This document shows positions 57,018 through 64,000 of a DNA stretch of 64,000 nt, one piece after another. Source of the DNA: a virus; the IMG/VR virus record IMGVR_UViG_3300045988_159706; one strand, 5' to 3'. The notes below the pieces were generated by a model. That model worked only from the letters and a program-made list of their open reading frames with translations. It was not told the DNA's origin and searched no databases. A program made the position numbers and the translations under genes. The first letter of the stretch is position 1. Every line of letters starts with the position of its first letter.

Positions 57018-57723
57018 GAATATTTTATGCATAGCTGGTTTGAAAGGAAGTGGTAAAGATGAAAGTGCTAGAATGCTTCAGTTTTGTTTAAATTCTCCAA
57101 AATGAATGCAAACATACTGGATATATAAGTATTGTAATATCTTCACGGAAGGAAAATTTAAAATCTGCAGATTTGCAGATACGTTAAAATGTCTTCTTTC
57201 TGTACTCCTTAATGTTAGCGTTGAGAAATTTGAGGATAGACAATTTAAAGAGGACTATTACATAGATTTCAGTACTTTAACAATTCATCATAAGAATTTT
57301 GTAGAAAGAGAAAAAATTCTAGTAGATAATAAGTTTTCAAAGTTAGCTAAGGATCTTAATCCTTCTTTAACTGAAGATTACTGACTTTCTATTAGACAGG
57401 TTTTGCAATACTTTGGAACTGAAATAATGAGATATTATTTTGGGGATAAATTATGGATTTTAACTACATATGAGCAAGAGTGCAAAAATATGATTATCTC
57501 AGATCTGCGATTCCAGATTGAATTTGAAGAATCAAAGAAACGAGGAGGGAAAGTTATTTATATCCATAGACCAGAGTGTAAGGCAGGCTCTCATGCCTCA
57601 GAAAGAGAGCTTTTAACATTATATGGAAATGGAGACTATGACTATCTGATTAATAATGATGGTTCATTGTCGGATTTATTTTACAAAATAAAAAATATTA
57701 GTAAATTATGCCTACAGAAATAA
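57007..57723 (+). CDS. Deoxynucleoside monophosphate kinase (T4 gp1-like)
   Basis: ATG at 57007. Two TGA join three in-frame pieces. ILCIAGLKGSGKDESARML (G.krSGKD loop), RQVLQYFGTEIMR and IISDLRFQIEFE. Confidence 0.7.
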
Positions 57724-57872
57724 AACGATGTGGATATTGCGAAAGCAATAAGATTGAACATGAATTCCAGGATAATAAATATGGAAAGTATATTCGAGTT
57801 TTTAATCTTAAAGAATCAGGAAAAGGTTCTAGTTGCACTGTGTGCAATGGAGGATTAAAAGTTAAAAAATAA
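57708..57872 (+). CDS. Small zinc-ribbon protein (54 aa)
   Basis: MPTEIKRCGYCES...SSCTVCNGGLKVKK has two CxxC pairs. TAA at 57870-57872. This is the last plus-strand gene. Confidence 0.45.
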   Translation: MPTEIKRCGYCESNKIEHEFQDNKYGKYIRVFNLKESGKGSSCTVCNGGLKVKK

Positions 57873-57877
57873 ACAGT

Positions 57878-57925
57878 TAGCCCCCTATGTTGGATTCATT
57901 CCAGCGTAGGGGGCTATTTTTTTTT
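57878..57925. terminator. Bidirectional intrinsic terminator between convergent gene blocks
   Basis: TAGCCCCCTA (57878-57887) and TAGGGGGCTA (57907-57916) form a 10-bp GC-rich stem. T9 lies on the plus side and an A-rich run upstream gives a T-run on the minus strand. Confidence 0.8.
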
Positions 57926-60900
57926 ATTTTTCTTTTATTGCGTTATTAATATCCTGTCTAAATGGTCTAAACATTCCAAAAGTGTTTACAGTTCCAAGTA
58001 GAGCAGCTTCAGCAAAGTTAACATCTTCAAGTTTAAATGCTGCAGCATAACTTCTAATACTATTTTGAAGGATACTTAAGAATGGAGGATTCCAATTTAA
58101 CAAACCATTAGTGACAGCATTTATTACACCCATATCATCAAGAGAGCGATTAACTAAGTCAATTCCATTACGGAATCACCAGCTTCTATCTGCTATTTGG
58201 TCTTTATACTTTATTCCAGATTCTTCAGGGTCATCCAAAAGCATTATTTGTAATAACTTAGCAAAAAACAAAAACATTGTTAAATCATATAATGAAGCCT
58301 TAAAATTAGCAGCTTCAATATCATTAGACTTAATATATTTTCTTCACAAATCCGTTGTACTTAACTCTGGATCTTTACTAATCATTTGTTTAACATTTGT
58401 ATATACATCCTTAAATAACTGTTGATATGTTTGAAAAATACCTTCCATTATTCTTCCTTCTCATGAATATAAAGGAATACCAGTATCTTCACTAACAATT
58501 TCTGAATTTACCCATGTACCATTAGCATCAGTAATAATCTTAATATATTTTTGATTGCCTTTTACATCTACTACAGGTGTGAAATGCCCTTGGGAAGCAA
58601 CAGTAGTTCTCTTTAATGTATATTGTGTTTTCTTAGCAGATAGATAGGTCATAAACTGTTTAAACAGCATTCCTTGCCATAATTTATTTCATTCTGCTTT
58701 TGTTTCAAGGTCATAATAACCAAAGGATTCATCTGCAAAAGACTTTATAGATTCCCTTTGCAGTACCGTATATGCCATTTCAAATTTGTCTCCAACCTTA
58801 TATAAAGGTTCACCAGTACGTTCACGTTCTACATTAAACTGCCTTAACATAGCTATATAGAGTCCATATTGTTTTTCATATACAGATTTAACTGAATCAG
58901 GTACAGCATGGTCTTTGTATTTTAAATAAACATCGAATCGTTTATCCTTTTCCATATCATACTTAAGTCTTTCAATTCCATCTGAATCCTTATCAATATA
59001 ATGTGCATCAAAGGTTCCATCATGAATCATTTGAGCTAAAAATATAGACATACGATTCCAATAGTCGGGTGCAGTTAAAGCTCATCCAGAATATCTAGAA
59101 AATCCTCCTATAATACCATTTTTATATGATATTGTATTTTCAACCATATTTCTAAGATCCATATTAGCTAACGCGTATAACTCATTTAACAACTCAATCT
59201 TAGTAATTTCAGTTATAAATTTTGGAGAATCATAAATAAGGTATTTTAGTGCTTTTCCGTAATCCTTTATTGTGAAAGCTTCTTTTCCATATCTTCTGAA
59301 CATAGCATTGGAGAGGTTAGTTCAAAATCCCATTAAAACCTCTCTAGGCAAGTTAGCAAAGTGCCAAGAAAGTGCTACACTGGATGCAACAGATCTTAGT
59401 GCAGATAAAGATTTAAACATACCTCGCATTTCTTGAGGAACTAATGACTCGAAATATAAAGAAGATTTAGTCGTATCTGCAATGAATTCCATAATGTTAG
59501 AAACATCAATTCCTGTTAAATTTCCTTTTAGAGATAATGCCGCTTGCATAGCTCTAATCTGGGGAAGTATTTCATTTACATTATTTTTCTTTGCTTCTGC
59601 CATTTTATATGAAGCTAAAATTATCTCCAAATTAGTTTCAAAAGCTCCAATTTCATATTCCTGAATAAGTTTTCTTCTTTTATCCTCATTTTTTCTATCC
59701 TCAAACTCAAAAGCTAATTGATCAAATGCATCTGCTGCACTTTCTTGTTCTTTAGCTCTTTCAGAGAAAGTATCTTTGATAAAGGAATTAAATCCATAAG
59801 CAAAGTTATCATAAAACGTCTTTGCATTTAGATTTCCATTTGTAGCCAAACTAGCTAGTCTAACTCTTACTAAAGGAACCAAGAAATCATTTTCGTCTAA
59901 GTCTGCTCTTGAAGTTTTTCCAGTTATTGTTTTTAACGCAAACTTAATCATTCTTCTTTCAGCTTCACTTAAATCATTACTCATGTCCCAAGGATCTTTG
60001 AAGGTTAAATCAAAAGTATCAGGTCTATAAAGGTTTCTATAAAGGCCTCCTTTTGCACCAATAAAATTACTAGTTGCTATTCCGTGCCCTATAGAGTTTT
60101 CATATAAGGATTCTTCTTTACGTAATTCCCCTAATCAATTCGTATACTCATTTCTAATTTTTTGAAATGCGGTAGCCATAATATTTCTAAAATATACAAT
60201 ATTACTGGAGCGAATTGTATCCATGGAGTTTAACATAAAACTATCAAACCAGTTAGGAAAGCCCTTTCCAAAAAGTTTAGCATAAGTTTTTTCTTCAAAC
60301 ATATCTACATTCTTATAATATAAGTACATTTGTGCAACCCAAGCATAAACTTTTGCATTTTGATTTGATATATCTAAATGGTTAACATCCAATTGTGCTG
60401 TTGTTCTAATTGTTTCAAGAAGGGTTTCTAATCTATCTACTAAATCTTCAGTATTGTTGGAATCAAAATTAGAGGAAATAAACAAATCAGAATTTTCTTT
60501 TATTAATTTATACAAGGCATTTTCTCCACTTTGGTCTATCCTAAATATAGCCATAATTTGATCCGACACTTTATCAATAATTGATACAAACCGTGATTGC
60601 CCTTTATAGGGGCCTTCTCGTAGCGTAGTTAGGTTCGCAGACATAGGGGTGCCATTTTCATCAACAACTAATTGGGATAAAATTTCTTCAATAAAAGTAA
60701 TTTCTTTTTCGTTAAAACTCTTAGATTGAGATTTAAAAGGATTAACAGCACGAATATCTCCTAATTTTAGATTTTGGAAAGCAGGTCTTTCATTTAATAC
60801 TATTAAAGCTTTTAACAATGCAGCATTTCCTCTTGTAGCTTCTAAAGGCAGAATTTTTTTCTGGGCATACTGCTGCTCTAACCATTTGGCATTTGTGGTT

Positions 60901-62744
60901 CCTGGTTTAGCGATTAGTTCAAATAAACTTGATAGTTTTCCATTATCAGAATAATATAAATTATCATCTAAGTTTAGTTCATCCAATGTAAGAATGTCAA
61001 TAGCGTTATTAATAGTATCCACAATAGGTATAAGTCCTCTGTCAAATAAATTTTGATTATCAACAATTATATACCTATCTTGTTGATTATAATACTTATC
61101 TAATAGTGCTTTATAAAATCCTCTACGTCGGCTATTTCCTTCATAGGGAATAGAGTCTGGTAAAGTTCCTTTTAATATACTTCTAAGGCTTCCTATGAAA
61201 TTATTAATCATTGCAGGACGGCTCTCTTTTAACTCCTCAATATATCTATCAATTCGTTCTGAGATAGCATCCTCTCCAGATAAAGGCTCTTTTTTTCCAG
61301 TGATATCATTTACAAAATCAATTCTGCCATTTTTATATCTTATGATATTACTTTTTTCAATAATTTCCTTATTAAGTCTATATGTTTTAGCTAAAATATA
61401 TTCCTCTGGCAGAATCTTTGTTATTTTTTTATCTATATTTAGCATTTCTTCTGGATCCTTATATTCAGAATATAAAACTCTTGGGATGTAATCATCTAAG
61501 TTTCTTACTACATAAGGAGCAGTTACTTCTTCAGTAATATTTTTTAATCCGTCGGAAACTAACCTACCCTTGAATTTATATATTGGAACTAAGTAGTACT
61601 GAAGCGAATTAGTATTTATTCCAAGTTGGTTTAATACTCTTCCGTAAAAGGCCTGTTGATAAATAGCAGTTAATCGTTTTTCTTTAGCTCACTTATCATA
61701 AGGTTTCTTAGAAAACTTAATGTCATAAATTGTAGATATATCCCCATCAATTACAAATAAGTCTAATTTACCTCTAATTTTTGATTTCCCTTCAATTTCA
61801 TATCCAAGATCTGCAGTTAAGTCTATTTCAGAATATATTTTAACTCCACCTCTAAGTTTTCCATCACTTCCACTATGCTGCATTAATATTGTTTGATAGA
61901 CCTCATTTACATTATCTACCATCTCATCAAAGTCAATTTTAGATACAGTGAAAGCTTTAGCCTCTTCCTGTAATCAAGTTCTTTGATCTTGGTACATAGT
62001 GGAAAATCGCTTTGATATATAAGCAATTACAGAGCTATATCTCTCTTTTAGTGCATAAGGACTTAATTTTCTTTCGATTAAATTGTAGAAAATATTATGT
62101 ACAAACTCACCCATTAATTGAACTCTAAAGTTTTCTTTAACAGTATTTTGCACTTTTTCTATTAAATATTTAGAATCTTCTGAATTAAGGTCAATTTTAA
62201 ATTTATTTGCAGCTAAATTAAGATAATGATCTTCTGTTTTCTCTGTAATTATAGCATTATGGAATAGCTCTTCTTTAATTGCATCAAGACGTTGATCGGT
62301 AGTAAGTCCACTTTGGAAGACTAAATTATTAATATTTAGCCCTCTTCTTTGAAGTAATTCTAGAATATAATTTTTAAACAAATCACTTTCATAGTTCTCT
62401 GCAATTACTTCTGGAGCTAATCGTTTTCCATCTTTGTTGGGCTTCGTAATAACATCAGTTACTGCTATTGTATCAGAATCTCCTTCTTCTAAACTGTCCT
62501 CATTTATAGCTAAGTTTCTGTTTTTTAAGGGAACTATTTTGGAAGTTTCTGAGAACACATCCTTTTTCGCTTTATTAATAATTTCGTCTACATAGGTTTC
62601 TGTGGTAACTCTTAATAACTCTGGATCAGTTTCTCAGTTATATTTACTTCTGTTTGCAGCTATATAATTTTTTACATCTTCTTCATTAGTAAACTCTATG
62701 ACCTCTCCATCATTTACCTTTAATCTTCATTTACAATTTTCCAT
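57924..62744 (-). CDS. Very large protein (1606 aa) with a RecB/Cas4-like PD-(D/E)xK nuclease motif set; eleven in-frame TGA
   Basis: Nine minus-strand track ORFs (57924-58133 ... 61974-62558) plus the 62559-62744 leader all share one frame. Every gap I translated codon by codon holds only TGA stops. ATG at 62744-62742 overlaps the upstream TAA (TAATG). Motifs: GEFVHNIFYNLI, GKLDLFVIDGDISTIYDIKFSKK and AIYQQAFYGRVL (Q..Y). Confidence 0.75.
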
Positions 62745-64000
62745 TATAATACACAATAAATAGTTAAGTTACCATCTTCCATTAATTTCTTAATAATATC
62801 ATTAGATACCTGACTTGCAGTTTTTGAAATCTCAGAATCTTCATTATTTAAAACCTCTATACCTGAATTATCTAAGACAGTATTTATATTATCCATTATT
62901 CATTGAATATCTTCAACATTATCATATCCACTTAGTGAAGAATCGTCTGCATTAACATAAAAATCTAAAAGTGCATTTAGTAGTGTATTAATAGACTCTT
63001 GATTTCCGTTATTAGTTAGCTCCAATAAATGTTTGTCACTAACCAAAGAATTTAATATGATGGGTATTGCCACTTCTGCAAATGTAGTATTAGTTGGATA
63101 TTCGCTTTTTAAATATACCTTTCCATTTTCTATATAAGGATTATTCGAATCTGTGAATAGTATAGTATCTTCAGATATAAACTCTGAAAGTGTATTGTCT
63201 AAAATAAATCTTAGTTTACTATAACTCAATGGCTCTCGTTTCTGTAGCTCCCTCTCTATAAGCCCCTGATCTCTAATTGTATTCATTCTTACAATTATGG
63301 TATCATCGGATACGATTTCGCCTAAAGAATTTTCAAAATTTTCTCCGTTATAAGTTAATTTTTGATTTGACTTAGTATATACTACATCTCCCTCATCTAA
63401 TTTAAATTCTTTTAGATCACTAATGGAAATAGGAGAAATTTCTCTTGAGCCTGGCTTCATAAAATATACATCTCAAAGTTTAGCGGAATCCTTTACAGTC
63501 TCCCCTTTCAAAGTTTTCCATACTCCTTTAACTAACATATAGTGATCTTTCCCTACAGTTAATAACTCTTCATTATATTTACTTGGCACTCTTTTAATTA
63601 CTTCTTGAAGACTATCATAATCACTATTGACTATCTGGGAAAACTTATCAAATATATCTAAAGAATCATCTTTAACTAGTTCATCCACTAAAGTGATAAA
63701 AGCTAGGTTATCGTTTTTTAACTGATTATAAACAAACATTACTTTTTCTACTATATCAAGATTAGCTTCGGAAGATATAGCCACAATCCTATTAGGACTA
63801 ACAAAAAAGTTTTGAGTAATAAAAGAATTATTTTTTACTTTCAAAATATTGTAATCCGTTCCTTCTAATTCTGGATAAGTATCTGTAAGTTTATAATTTC
63901 CTATTAATGTATCTGCTAGATTGCCTGAATTTAATGTAGTATTATTTCCTAAATTATCCGCAATAAATTCATATAAATTTCCAGTTACTCTTTCCCCATT
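62744..64000 (-). CDS. Large protein of unknown function, C-terminal 418+ aa (gene continues beyond the window)
   Basis: Track ORFs 62900-63460 and 63473-63844 share a frame and are joined by TGA. The frame stays open to base 64000 and continues past TGA 62900-62902 to TAA at 62744-62746. Confidence 0.65.

Noticed and set aside
58111-61491. Plus-strand ORFs 58111-58425, 59482-59664 and 61195-61491
   Set aside because: They are antisense shadows inside the continuous 4.8-kb minus-strand gene. Their sequences are hydrophobic and low-complexity, and they have no coupling to neighbours.
1-64000. Widespread pseudogenisation or assembly errors as the explanation for fragmented ORFs
   Set aside because: The interrupting codon is always TGA, never TAA or TAG. 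The frames are preserved, and TGA coincides with invariant Trp positions. Random decay or indels would not give this pattern. Two genuine frame problems (7640 and 43612) are reported separately.
1-64000. TGA read as Gly (code 25), or TAG reassignment
   Set aside because: The motif positions hit by TGA are Trp, not Gly, in RNase HI, GIY-YIG and primase families. TAG serves as a normal terminator for many genes. The one in-frame TAG (43612) cannot be fixed by read-through because TAA follows 5 codons later.
1-64000. CRISPR arrays, rRNA genes, transposases or integrases
   Set aside because: No spaced direct repeats, rRNA-like segments or DDE/tyrosine/serine recombinase motifs were seen on either strand. 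The only mobile elements supported are the group I introns and the homing endonuclease genes.

Overview
This window is an AT-rich, tightly packed dsDNA phage segment. Bases 1-57.9 kb form one plus-strand block: NAD/purine metabolism, a tRNA island mixed with homing endonucleases and a lysis cassette, replication/recombination genes, dNTP metabolism and an RNA-repair module. Bases 57.9-64 kb hold two very large minus-strand genes that converge on a bidirectional hairpin terminator.

The main result is that TGA is a sense codon here. About 33 genes that the standard-code ORF track splits become single in-frame genes when TGA is read through (roughly 75 in-frame TGA by hand count). TGA falls on invariant Trp positions of RNase HI, GIY-YIG and primase motifs. 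Every gene I could follow ends in TAA or TAG. A 90-nt tRNA with anticodon UCA sits at 9494-9583; it has an unusual long extra arm and a G73 discriminator.

Other supported features:
- five further tRNAs (Arg-ACG, Arg-TCT, Ser-GCT, Leu-TAG, His-GTG) and one 3' tRNA fragment;
- two homologous group I introns, one splitting thyX and one (carrying a GIY-YIG homing endonuclease) splitting an AAA ATPase gene;
- two HNH and one free-standing GIY-YIG endonuclease genes;
- two genes that need a frameshift to restore their conserved motifs.

The best candidate for something undescribed is the operon at 26539-30145. It holds four diverged paralogs that share an N-terminal I-Q-S-x-S-D-x-I-T-N-S-S-S-E-I-F motif, followed by a radical SAM enzyme, a small ORF and a pol-beta-type nucleotidyltransferase. 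Second is a short PurZ-like adenylosuccinate synthetase homolog together with a MazZ-type diphosphohydrolase domain, which raises the possibility of 2-aminoadenine DNA.

The gene content, introns and recoding resemble published descriptions of recoded crAss-like gut phages, and one Bacteroidetes-style promoter is visible. Both of these are inferences, not demonstrated. All coordinates and motifs were read by hand from the sequence; no searches were run.
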